From NCBI GenBank assembly GCA_951406725.2, contig OX597821.1, positions 61,070,001 through 61,134,000 on the forward strand: a DNA stretch of 64,000 nucleotides. Reading direction: 5' to 3'. Under the pieces are notes generated by a model. That model made no database searches, was not told the DNA's origin, and saw only the letters and a program-made list of their open reading frames with translations. This DNA comes from Octopus vulgaris (lineage: Eukaryota). The translations under genes were made by a program, and so were the position numbers. Shown here piece after piece: positions 27,422 through 40,066 of this stretch. Every line of letters begins with the position of its first letter. Position 1 is the first letter of the stretch.

Positions 27422-28160
27422 ATCGTTTTCCAGTATGGATGATACTAGGTTTTTATAGTTTTCTATATCCATCAGAACTACAGCACTTCCTTTGTCTGCT
27501 TCTTTAATTGTCGGGTTTTTGTCGGTTTGTAGTTCAATTAGATTTTTCCATTCTAGATTGTTGAGATTCGGATTAATTTTTCGTTTATTGGATGTATAAG
27601 GGAAATTTTGGATATGGTCGCAGAAGTCATCCAGTGTTTTATTCTTACCCTTATGTGGAAGGTAATTACTTCTGTTTTTGACTACTGATTCATCTTCGTT
27701 ATTGTAGTCAGTTACTGCTTCTGCGAGTCGTAGTTTTCTGCAGAATTCCGAAATATTGTCCTTAATATCCTTATGGTTAAATCTTCGTGTGATTGGAGTA
27801 AACTTTAAAACTTTGGCTAGTATAATGATTTTTGTTATAGAGAGAGTTTTCTTTTAATTACTTTGGGTTTCTCCCGTATGTTTTGTTTCAACGTGTGTCC
27901 CTGATTCTCTCCGCTTGGTCTAAAAAATGTTTATTGTAATTTGGTTGGTAGAAGTTATTATTGGTGTTATTATTGTAATTAATTAAATCAATATTATTAT
28001 TACTTATTATACAGGGATTGCTGGGAGGTTAGTGTTACTGCCTGGGTAACTGGTTGCGAGCACGTGTTATAGCTTCTTCGTTGGATTGAATTGTTGGGGT
28101 GCTTAATTATGTTTGGAATGGTGGGGAGCTGGTAGTGCTGTCTGGGTAAATAGGATGAGA
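27422..28160 (-). mobile_element. Penelope-like element fragment (region N-terminal to the RT core)
   Basis: 27422-27850 translates without stops as ...LAKVLKFTP...EFCRKLRLAE...NLNNLEWKNLIELQTDKNPTIKEADKGSAVVLMDIENY. The LxKGLKFxP and IKxADKG..VV.MD motifs are diagnostic of PLE ORFs. Confidence 0.88.
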
Positions 28161-28195
28161 TTCTTCATTGAAGGGTAAAGCGGATCATATACATA

Positions 28196-28733
<538 letters not shown>

Positions 28734-28799
28734 ATATGTATGTATATGAAAATGAAAAGAAAATACACACATACACACACGCACACACACATATATTGT

Positions 28800-29996
28800 G
28801 TAGTTTGTCCGTCGACGCAACGAAGACCATCTAGTCATCCTTGGGTGGGGGTGGGCTTGTTTTGTGAGTCCGCAGAAGGCTAGTGAGGCAAATCTGCGCC
28901 CGAACGCGTCTTTGACAGTGTGGCTCTGTTCTTCCTGGCTTGTCTGCGGTCTTCTGCAGAAGCGATCCTATTGGTCTCGCATGTGTTGGCACCTTTGTGG
29001 ACAGCTGATCGCCACGCTTCTCTGTCTGGAGCAGACTGCTCCCAAGTGTCATGGTCGATGTTGAAAGCTTTCAGTGAGGCTTTCAGAGTGTCCTTAAAGT
29101 GCTTGTGAGCGCTTTCCCTTTTGCAGCTCGTCAAAGAGCAATCTTTTTGGTAATTGATCTTCTGACATGCGAACTACGTGCCCTGCCCAGCGAAGCTGAG
29201 ATTACATCAAGATGGTATGGATGCTGGGCAGTTTTCAGAGGGGTATTGTTTGAAAGTGGTTCAGCTTCCTGTCATGACGCTGGTAGACCGTCCCGGACTC
29301 GCAACCGCAAAGCAGCGTTGTGAGATCAACAGCTTCGTACACCTTGATCTTCTTTCATGATGGTGATCCCTCTCCTGTCCCAGACAGTCTTGCGTAGCCT
29401 GCCGAAGGCAGCGCTTGCCTTGGCGAGTCTGGCGTTGATTTCGTCATCGACGACAACATTTCTAGAGAGTGTGCTGCCAAGGTAGGTGAAAGTGTCCAAC
29501 GGGTTCATTCGCTGCCCGTTGATGGTGATGTTGTGTTAAACGTAGGGCTTGGTTGGAGCTGGTTGATGTAGTACCTCAGTCTTTTTTGTATTGATACTTA
29601 GGCCAAAGTTGTTGCAGGCACCAGAGAACAAGTTAACGCTGTGCTGCATGTTGGACTCAGTGGCAGCATTGAGAGCGCAGTCATCAGCAAACAGGAGGTC
29701 GTTGACGGTGTCTACTGAAACCCTGGTTTTCGCTTTGAGCCTCCCGAGGTTAAAGACTGAATCATCGGACCGGTGCTTGATGCCGATGCCTATATCTGTG
29801 TCCCTGAAAGCATGGCTGAAAACGTAAGGCTGAACAATGTGGGAGCAAGGACACATCCTTGTTTCACTCCGCTGGAGACAGGGAATGAACCAGAGGTCTC
29901 TCCGTTGCCCTGTACCATTGCCAACATGCCATCGTGTAGTTGTCTTACGACGGTAATGAATTTTCTGGGGTATCCATACTTCGTCAAGACTTCCAT
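28800..29996 (-). mobile_element. 5'-truncated RTE-clade (BovB-like) LINE, frameshifted RT and C-terminus
   Basis: ORF pieces KYGYPRKFI, GVKQGCVLAPTLF, DLLFADDCAL, FGLSINTKKTEV, FTYLGSTLS, RLAKASAAFGRL and FKDTLKASLK..W...A.DR..WR. Confidence 0.93.
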
Positions 29997-30249
29997 GTTC
30001 TCGAGTGATCAACTCAGTACCAGTGATACGACGCGAAGTAGTGCTGTAAATCTCCCTTCCCCTCTCTTTGTATATATATATATATACTTATATGTAGATC
30101 TATCTATCTATCTATCTTTGTGTATGCTTGTATATCTTGACTATTCTAGAAGACGATCTGAAGAATAACTATAAGCAATTCTACAGGATCACAGAATTAC
30201 TACTTTTACTACTTTAACCATTGCATTTAATAAGCAAGAGCATGAAATA

Positions 30250-30440
30250 TCCAATATAATCCAAGATCACGAACCTGCCTAATATTACAATTATTTAGGT
30301 TTCCCCAAATGCATCTACTTCAAGCACGAACACATGAAATGGAATTTCATTACAGAATACGGACGCCTAATAAATCTTGTGCTCAAAAGTGAGATCAATA
30401 TAGAAATGAAAGTATATAGCGGTAATAATATCACCAGTAA
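30250..30440 (+). mobile_element. Decayed Dong/R4-like LINE RT thumb fragment
   Basis: Translation IQDHEPA*YYNYLGFPKCIYFKHEHMKWNFITEYGRLINLVLKSEINIEMKV resembles the YKYLG...H..MK..I..EY..R...LKSELN..NK block of R4-clade RTs (recalled motif). Confidence 0.55.
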
Positions 30441-30799
30441 TAATATCATATAGTTTCAATAATAGTAACTACGAGAAAATTGATATTATTAAAAAAGTTG
30501 CATAAATCGGGAATCATTGACGCCAGCGAGTGAAAATAACAGGAAAGACAGAGAAAGCAGTAGCCTACCTCATATGCTTCAGACACTAGTTGGCAACAAA
30601 TATATCTCAGAAAGATTCTCGACCCTGTATATTATAATAGCAATAAAAAAACATGTATTCTGTCTACAAAGAATTAGTCATGTCCACAAAAAAGAGGAAT
30701 ACTTGTAATGTTAGAGTAATCAGACGACAAACCAGCAAAACGTTAGGATAATAGTATGAAAAAAAAATTATCGGAAAGAATTGTGATTGAAACTGTGAA

Positions 30800-31222
30800 C
30801 TTATTTCTTTATTGCCCACAAGGTGCTAAACATAGAGGAGATAAACAAGGACAGACAAAGGGATTAAGTAGATTACATCGACCCTAGTGCGTAACTGATA
30901 CATAATTTATCGAACCAGAAAGGATGAAAGGCAAAGTCGACCTCGGCGGAATTTGAACTCAGGACGTAACGGCAGACAAAATGCCTATTTCTTTACCACG
31001 CACAAGCAGCTAAACACAGAGAGGACAAACAAGGATAGACAAACGGATTAAGTCGATTATATCGACCCCAGTGCGTACGTAACTGGTACTTATTTAATCG
31101 ACCCCGAAAGGATGAAAGGCAAAGTCGATCTCGGCGGAACTTGAAATCAGAACGTAACGGCAGACAAAATACCGCTCAGCGTTTTGCCCGGCGTGCTAAC
31201 GCTTCTGCCAGCCTGCGCGCTT
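30800..31222 (-). mobile_element. SINE family C, one full copy plus a tandem partial duplicate
   Basis: GAAAGGATGAAAGGCAAAGTCGA occurs twice (~30918 and ~31106). It is the reverse complement of 50888-51118. Confidence 0.88.
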
Positions 31223-31581
31223 ATTTGGAAATATAAAATTTTAAATACAATGTGTTCGGGATGCTTAAACACATTGTGACTGAAACAGCAAGGTTGAGTT
31301 GCTGGCCAAAATCAAGTTGCTCGATGATCCTTTCATGGACATAGATAGAAATGCAGACACCAATTTCGGAGCCATATTAAGGCCATGGTAAAAGCTGTTA
31401 TTTCCCAGCCATAATCTAGTTAATATTTTTGCATATTTAAAATTATCATTATGCTTGGATGGCGGCATATTGTTTTCTTTTCCATTAATGCAAACTGTGA
31501 AATTTAGTTGGAACACTCCATCACCTCCCCCACACACAAACACACTCATACATTCATACATACATACATACATACATACAT

Positions 31582-31612
<31 letters not shown>

Positions 31613-31721
31613 TATATAAAAGTTTGTGAGAATATATGGCGGTGCCCCAGTATGGCCACAGCTTGTGAGCTGAAATTAGATAAATAAAAAATATATATAT
31701 ATATATATAAGGAGAAGAATA

Positions 31722-32200
31722 TATATATTCCATCTCAGCTACGTGTTTTTTGTTTATCAAAATAACTTCGCAGCGAATGCAATTTGATCAGGAGCAAAAA
31801 TATATTTTTTAAAATTTATGTTTAGGCTTTTAGTGTTGATGATAGGATGTTTTTCATAAAATTTAGCTTGATATCGTTCGATACACAAGTAACCGAAAGA
31901 TCACATTTATTATTTTTCATCTTCGGTTTACAACCAGTGCTGAAGGAGTATTAAGATGGTTATTAGAGCCATTTTGCATCTATATCTAGGGCGCTGGAGC
32001 GAGTAACACGCTCCCTTTAATATAATTATAAATTTTGTATACATTATTACTTACAAGCTTTTTATTTCACGCTGACCACTTGATTAACTTAATTCTATAA
32101 TGAATAAAAATAAAAATTAAATAAATTTGCTCCTGATCATATTACATTCACTGCGAGGTTATATTCATACAAAGCACGTGGTTGAGATGAGAATGTAAAT
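31722..32200. mobile_element. Old MITE-like element with ~85-bp imperfect terminal inverted repeats
   Basis: CATCTCAGCTACGTG...CGCAGCGAATG...TGATCAGGAGCAAA is mirrored by TTTGCTCCTGATCA...CATTCACTGCG...CACGTGGTTGAGATG. Confidence 0.6.
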
Positions 32201-32277
32201 TCGATTTTTTTTCTCGTATGTACGTGTAAATGTCTGCATATGGTCGTGTGGTTTCGGTGTTCATATGGGTATCTCGC

Positions 32278-32569
32278 TTTTACTCTTTCTCGTTTACTTG
32301 TTTCAGTCATTTGACTGCGGCCATGCTGGAGTACCGCCTTTAGTCGAGCAAATCGACCCCAGGACTTATTCCTTGTAAGCCTAGTACTTATTCTTTCGGT
32401 CTCTTTTGCCGAACCGCTAGGTTACAGGGACGTAAACACACCACAATCGGATGTTAAGCGATGTTGGAGGGACAAACACAGACACAAAAACATATACACA
32501 TACATACGTACATACATACATACATACATACATACATACATACATACATACATACATACATACATACAT

Positions 32570-32624
<55 letters not shown>

Positions 32625-32764
32625 TCCGTCTACCAAATCCACTCACAAGGCTTTGGTCGGCTCGAGGCTATAGTAGAAGACACTCGCCCGAGGTGCCACG
32701 CAGTGGGAATGAACCCGGAACCATGTGGTTGGTAAGCAAGCTACTTACCACACAACCACTCCTG
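32278..32764 (-). mobile_element. tRNA-derived SINE, family A
   Basis: Collinear with 1430-1867, with an expanded internal (TACA)n/(TA)n. Confidence 0.9.
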
Positions 32765-33029
32765 GACCTATCTATAAATATTTGCATGAATATGCTTAGG
32801 ACTATTGTGCTGACGATAGCAGGTTGTATTTCATAACATCTAGCACGAAATCGTTTGATACACAATTAACCGAAAAATCTTAGTATTCATTATCTGTTCG
32901 TTTACGACCTGTGCTGAAGTAGTAGAGCGGCTTTAGAACCATCTGGTATCTAAATCTAGCATGTTGAAGCAGGTAATCCATTCTCTTTAATATAATTATA
33001 TATATAATTTATAAATTATATATATATAA

Positions 33030-33212
33030 TATAAAGATTAGAGAAAAACCACTATTATGCAATTCAAACAATGATAGACATAAACCAAATCATTGTTTGA
33101 ATTGCATAATAGTGGTTTATCTCTACTTTATATATTATATGTTTATATTGTGAAATTTGCTTTATTACTAAATTGAATTTTTCCCTGTAAGTTTGGAGAT
33201 ATACTCCCTAAT

Positions 33213-33215
<3 letters not shown>
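33030..33215. repeat. Second copy of the TA-embedded fold-back repeat
   Basis: AGAGAAAAACCACTATTATGCAATTCAAACAATGA is mirrored by TCATTGTTTGAATTGCATAATAGTGGTTTATCTCT. It shares the tail TTTTTCCCTGTAAGTTTGGA..TACTCCCTAATA with 1916-2180. Confidence 0.75.
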
Positions 33216-33307
<92 letters not shown>

Positions 33308-33505
33308 CATTAGGGTCCAAATACCCTCATCTAAAAGCCATTAAAAAATTTCGTTCAAATTCTTTCAGCTCTACATTCGTACATCTGACGACGCGGACGT
33401 GTTCTACGTCTATGTATCTTTAAGCCTGAATCAATTTCTCCCAAAATATTTACTTTTCCAAATAGACGCGGTAAGTGCTGCTTTCTTCCGTTTGTTCACT
33501 CATAC

Positions 33506-33540
<35 letters not shown>

Positions 33541-34307
33541 TATGCACATACTTACATACTTTCACACACACACATATATATGGAATCGTTGCAGGTTTCG
33601 ACCACTATGCATTAAGCGATAGTAAACGCAGGAACATGTACATATCACATACTACATAATAATAGTGACTGGCTTTCATAGACAAAAATGTAGACAGAAA
33701 TATTGCCAAAAAAATGTAGAAAACTATTAAGCCAGCTACCAACGGATAACAAAAGTTGTACTTTAAGGTAGAAGTATGTCGCAATAAATAACACTTATTT
33801 ATATAACATGAACGTAGATAAATAATCAAGAAAAACGCTCTGCGCAGTAAAATCAATACTTCCATTATACATGTACCCTTTTACATAGAAATGCTATATT
33901 TTCCCTCCTGTTTATGTCTGTGACTATCAAAGAAAAAAGCTAACGTATCGTTATTACTCTTACATACATACATACACACATAAACACATTCTTTTATCAT
34001 TTAGCGGTTTCAGCCGGAGGTTGAGGCTATGCTGGAACTTCGTCTTATAGTGTGTCTACGTTTCTTTTCTGCACTCTTTGTGATGAAGCAGTGAGATAGA
34101 CAGAGACCTCCTGCCTCGATGTGGCTTCATGTAGTAAAAATTTGAATACCTCTGCATTTACACGTTGCAAATCTTTGAGGTTGTATGACACATATGCACA
34201 CATACATGCATACATAAATACATACATACACGCATACATAAAAATACATACATACATATACATATGCATATATATATAGTAATAATAATAATTATAATAA
34301 TAACAAC

Positions 34308-34367
<60 letters not shown>

Positions 34368-34526
34368 CCTTGGATGAAGTTTATACATGCTTTAATGCAT
34401 CGATACGCCCGTTTCCATAAGTCGCTTGTTTATGACGATCATAGTCCGTATTCCTGGGAAACATGAATCGTGGAAACGCGCGTTGCGATGTATTAAAATA
34501 TTCCCTCCAAGGATTATTATTATTAT

Positions 34527-34789
34527 TGAGTGAGGAAGCAGTGCGTGCCATCAAAGTGACACTGGGGTAAATTATACGAAGCCCAGTATACCCATCATGA
34601 CTACCTGTCTGATAAGGGTACACTAGGCTCATGCATCACAACCATATGTGCGCGATATGGTGATCTCATATAAAAATAAACAGCATATAACCTTGCAGGT
34701 GGGGCCCAGTTAGAATTTCCTTCTGGTCGAGTAACCCATTCCGCTCAAAAGGTCCCTGAATAAGGGTTTTTTAAGGATGTTGAACGAAA
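34527..34789 (-). mobile_element. Retroposon 3'-end repeat flanked by (ATT)n
   Basis: Reverse-complement homologue of 57825-58080, with (ATT)n on both sides. Confidence 0.75.
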
Positions 34790-34848
<59 letters not shown>

Positions 34849-35672
34849 TTGTTGTTGTTGTTCTTCTTATTATTATATCAGTGTAACTCCACAAACCTGG
34901 TATCGTCAGATGTCGATCATTCGGCTGTAGCATAATGGAACAGGTGCTTATATTTGAATAATCAAAACATTTCCCGCAAACGAACTTAAAGGACACAAAC
35001 ACACACACACACTCACACACACACACCCACACCCACACATACACACACACACAGACAAAGACACACACAGAGACAAAGACACACACACACACACATATAT
35101 ATAAAGACAATTATAGTGAATATAGAGTTTAGAACACCTGAATATTGTTTATTTTGACAGTCAATAATACAGCATATCTTGTTTATATATGATCGTTACA
35201 TGTTTCTGCTGCATAGAGAATTAGCACTTGCATTTGCATCTACGTATTTTCGATTATGCAATTTTATTCGACGACAGTCCGCAGATGTGCTCCGACGCAA
35301 ATTGATTGTTTATGCATGGCAAAATTTATTTTGCTCGGTTACTATGTTTTTTGAGAGACAAAAGAAGATGAGGAGAATTGAAAACTTGATATAGAGATAA
35401 AAATTGCAACGTGGCTGGCCACATCACGACGTTACGTTTAAGTTCGAATGTAGGTTAAACTGTATTTCTTGTTGGTTTACGAGTTTGTGATTTTCCGATG
35501 TTTTGTATAAGAGCTAACTACTAAATGAAATTAAATCAAATTAAATTAAATTCTTCTAAACTGAATTAAATATACATTGTATGAAGGAATTTTTATGAAG
35601 TAATCCAAAATTTTCTCTGCATAATCGCGCTTTTGAATTATATACTGTTTCTACATCATAAAAGCTTTGCTA

Positions 35673-36187
35673 TCTATATATATAAAACTGTAGTTGTGTG
35701 AGTGTCTGTCTCCTACGATTTAGATTCCTAACTCCTCCCACATTTTGCGGTGCAGTTTAACCAAATTCGGGTATCTTATAGTCGTGATTAATATCAAGAC
35801 CGTCTGGCTATTAGCGCGCGTCTACGATGAGTCTACGATTTTAAAAATAATTTAACATCATTTTTTATTCCATTTTAATGCATAATTTTTCGTGTGTCGA
35901 TGGCGGCGGAGTTGGCGTCCACGCTCACGCCTGCACCTGTGTTTGCTTCTCCCCCTTCTTCCCTCCCTCGTGAAGCTGTGGGGAAGGGAGTTTAAGGAAA
36001 TCAACGTCGTAATGCGTTGTCAAGGAGACCAGCGTTCTTTTAGAACAACGACTTCATGGCTTGAAGACACCAAAACAGAAATGGCTAAGAAAGCCCGAAT
36101 TGGCATCTATAAAGGAAGTAACTCTCTAAAAATGCTTATATAGTTATTTCCCTTACAAACCCGAGCAACGCCGGGCGATACTGCTAG
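35673..36187 (+). mobile_element. Non-autonomous Helitron (complete)
   Basis: A|TCTATATATATAAAA start, CCCGAGCAACGCCGGG hairpin and CTAG|T end, with no TSD. The 5' part closely matches 15619 onward. Confidence 0.9.
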
Positions 36188-36764
36188 TAATTTATAAAAA
36201 GGTAGTTTAATTTAATGAGAATACCGATTGCTGCTTGAAATTCAAACTAGATATTACCAATTTATTTCCCTGCAAACCCAGGGACCTCCTATTTACATGT
36301 AGGATACTAACTTATGCATCGTTTGCCTGGAAGTATTTGAAAGTCTTCCCATCTAGGTGCAAACATGTTAAAGCTTGTTCTTCTCTACTGTTAAGGAACT
36401 GGTGCTTAGCTGTAAAAATATGGAATATTTTCTCTATGCACGAATTTTACCTTTTTCTTCCTGTTGCATGAGGTGCAGCGACGCTAATTATTTCCCATTC
36501 TATACTAAACCCTGCGTTTCTATCTGTATGGGACCAGACGAACGCACTTAAGCTAATGTTCTGCATTTCGCCATAGTGTTCTGAATTTCCCCACAACCTT
36601 TAAACGAAATTAAACGGTTTGTTAGTCTCGCCTTAAAGTTTGTCGAGCATTCACCGATATAGAAGTGCGTCTTATGACGTAATCTTACTTCGATTTACTA
36701 ATTTTTTCCTCATTTTATGTAACAGTCCGGCCAAAGGCTCCTTTACTTAATGACCTATGAGCTA

Positions 36765-36990
36765 TTATTTTATTTTTTGTGCCTTATAATTTAACACACT
36801 CACCGGTAAAATTTCCACTTATTTTTAGTTTCCTAAAATTTTCGTTTCGTCTTGCAATCTTTTCAGTAGTTTTGACTATTGAAAAGGTTGCAAGATGCAA
36901 CAAAAATTTTAGGAAAATAAAAATAAGAAATAAGTGGAAATGTTACCGGTGGGTGTGTTAAATTATAAGGCACAAAAAGAAAATAACTCT
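36765..36990. repeat. Near-perfect ~220-bp palindrome (fold-back MITE)
   Basis: TTTTTGTGCCTTATAATTTAACACAC.CACCGGTAA.ATTTCCACTTATTT...TCTTGCAA is mirrored across a short centre near 36872. Confidence 0.85.
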
Positions 36991-37169
36991 CCCCAGACAC
37001 AACAGAATATGCTTCAACACATGAACTCATATAAAGAATCTTGCAAACCAAATCCCAAAACCAACTATTATTTTTAATTTTACCCATATTCAAGGTACTT
37101 AGTATATCAAAATATCCCTCCATATTTCCCAGTACTTCTGAAATACGATGTCTAATGTAAGCAGTGTTG

Positions 37170-37312
37170 CATGTTTTGTTTGTTTCGGTTATTGGACTGC
37201 GGTCATACTGGTGCGCCGCCTTTAAGAGTGTAGTAGAACAAAACAATGCCAGTAATTAGACCTTTAAAGTCTACTACTTATTCTGTTGGTGTCTTTTGCC
37301 GCATCGCAAGTT
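37170..37312 (-). mobile_element. Old SINE family A 3' fragment
   Basis: TGTTTCGGTTATTGGACTGCGGTCATACTGGTGCGCCGCCTTTA...TACTTATTCT...TCTTTTGCCG. Confidence 0.6.
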
Positions 37313-39500
37313 AAAACAACTACATCTTTGAGACAAAATCAAGCTTCTCGCTTTCTTTATACTTTCAGGGAACAAATTGTTTGTTGATCGGTGCTCATAT
37401 CTACCACCTAACGAAAACGCCGTTACTTAAACCGTGCCAACAGATCAGAACACGCTTTGTCCGCTGAAGAATAAAAAAGCCATCGATTTATTTTAAGCTC
37501 AAAGTCGGTTGAAAGTTACGAACGTGAGTCAAACAGTGGAGACAAGTGGCTGAATTTGAGTATAGTAGTCTCGATCGCCCGATCCTTGGACATGAGTTTG
37601 CTAATACAATCTGTGCCGGCAACCACCTCTGCTTCTGCCCGTGAGTACACTACGGAATCTTGCAGCCTGATGCTCCCTGTTGGCCGATGTCGTCCCGGGA
37701 ACATCGTTGCTCGTGCTCGTGCTTTCCGCGGTCTATCTGTTTGTTTAATTTTTATGTTCCATTTATCTTGAAAAATTACAAGGCAGAAATACTATGGAAT
37801 GCCAGACCAGTTGATAGCACATAATAAAACCTCTCATCGTTACATTCCTCGATATATCGATAGTTGTATACAAAACGGTATTAAATGATTATCATATTGT
37901 ACAGAAGCAAGCTGATAATGTAAGGAATTACGCTGTGAAACTAAACACATTATGGCTGATAAAGAATATTTCTAACTCTTCATTTGTAATTGGTATAACT
38001 CAAACAATGCTCAGCTGTTTATACACAACTTCTATTGTTATTTATTAGGATAGACATATCCACTTTCTACGAAATAACAATACTAAGATCAGAAAAGTAT
38101 TGCTACAGCTTTCTCACGCAACGTTTTTTAAATCGCGGACTTATTTGTTAAAACTGAACAATTTTACTGTAAATATTTTAAAGCATGTTTTCGAAGATGT
38201 TTCCTATTCTTGATTTAAAAACAAATTATACATATTTTTCATAAAGCACAAATAATAAGAATAAGAATAATGAAAGTAGTATTAGTAGTAGTAGTTGTGG
38301 TGGTGGTGGTGGTACTTATAATAATAATAGTTGTAGCAGTAGTCGTAAAATATAAGCTGCGTTGGAATTTCTTTCAGAGACATTCTACACTCGAAACAAA
38401 GCCAATATAAAAATATACAAAACATGCTACGTGCAATTTCAAAATACAGATTAAAAAAGAAAGCTCCTCAAGCTATAGGAATTCAGAAGTAGATTATCTT
38501 AAGAAGAATAACAGGTAGTACGGTGGCTGTGTTATTCACAACTATAAACTGTTTTAATACTCACTGTGTGTTATAACAATCAGCATTTATTCATGTACAA
38601 GCCTTCATCGAAGATATGCTGTGAAAGTATAGAACATCTACACAGCATGCATAAGCATTTTAATCATAGCTTATTTCATAATAAAGTCTGTGTTAATGTG
38701 AAGATTTTCCAATTATCTTTGCAAGGTGTGATGTAGCAATGAGCATTAACATGCATCCACGTGATCCAGAAGATGATTAGATCAGCTGGCACCACCCGCA
38801 GCGAGACATACTTAAAACGATGCTATGTAACAAATTAGGTACCACATGAGTTATTCTCACAGGACAGACGATTAGAATCATGAAGGTTATGATAAGGTGA
38901 TTGGCACAGTTGTCCTAAACAAAATGAATAAATAGAGATATATGAGAAATACTGGATCTAAGCGCTATAGGAGTTATCATGGTACGTTAAGAAAGAACTT
39001 GTAAATCGTAATTCTCATTAGCTCATGCAGATAAAAAAATAACCAAAGTGTATTTATAAATACTCACCACAAATATTTGGTGATATAAAACATATAACAT
39101 GTGATCTCAACTGAAGATATTTTTCATGGAGTCAATCCGATTCGGCGTCCAGGCGATCGTTCGTTCTGCACGATGTAGGAACCGAATGCACTTCAAACTA
39201 AAAAACATATTGTTTTAAAAACCAGAAATGATATATTGAATAATGATAAACTCATTATGGCTGAAACAAATAGTAGATTCACTATCATTGAAATGAAAAA
39301 AATAACGGTGTGATCGCCACTAATGGAACGATATTAATCGGGACTTTGTTCAATCATGGCTGATTTGGGGTTAAGCAGCAACAAAAGGCCCCCCCAAAAA
39401 AACAAAACAAGTGCAACACCAACAACAAAAACAACAATTTTCTCTCTATGTATATATCAATAGACCCTAAACTTAAAGGTCAAATATTTCTTGAAATGTG

Positions 39501-40066
39501 TTGGGTTGTCTGGAAAGTTCGTGCCGATTTTTAAAGGAAAGAAAAAGGTCAATAAATACTTTTCATTACATTTTTAATCAACCAAATGTGAAGCATTTTG
39601 TTGCAGAATGCGTTTACATCTTTCCTTTAACTTGAAAATATCCTCTTCCAAGAATTGAGGTGGTTTCATGGCAAAGAATTCATCAAAGTATCTTTTTACG
39701 TCATCCAAGGAATTGAATTTTTTACCATTAAGACTATTCTGCAGAGACCTGAATAAATGGAAATCCGAAGGAGCAATATGTGGTGAATGTGGAGTGTGGG
39801 GTAACACATCCCAGCCGAGCTGCAGCAATTTTTGTCCGGTTCCCAAAGCATCAAGTGCCAAAAATGAACTTTCATATCTACCATTTGAAAGGGTTACAGA
39901 ATTAACACAGTTTATAGGAACATAAACCCTCGTCCACGAAAAGATAGCTTAAACTGTGCTCTAAATGAAGATACAGTCAAATCCTATTTTATGAACTCAA
40001 CCATGTTCTAAAATAAGTTGAAACGTAAGCTACAATAAATCGGCACGAACTTTCCGGATAACGTAA
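39501..40066 (-). mobile_element. Internally deleted mariner transposon
   Basis: TIRs TTGGGTTGTCTGGAAAGTTCGTGCCGATTT / AAATCGGCACGAACTTTCCGGATAACGTAA. The N-terminus MVDMKVHFWHLMLWE is joined out of frame to LGWDVLPHTPHSPHIAPSDFHLFRSLQN. Confidence 0.92.

Noticed and set aside
37516-37771. GC-richer island with short ORFs on both strands
   Set aside because: No convincing splice sites or protein motif. It could be UTR or repeat sequence.
38760-39000. Very decayed RTE-like C-terminal coding traces
   Set aside because: The similarity is only impressionistic, across several frameshifts.
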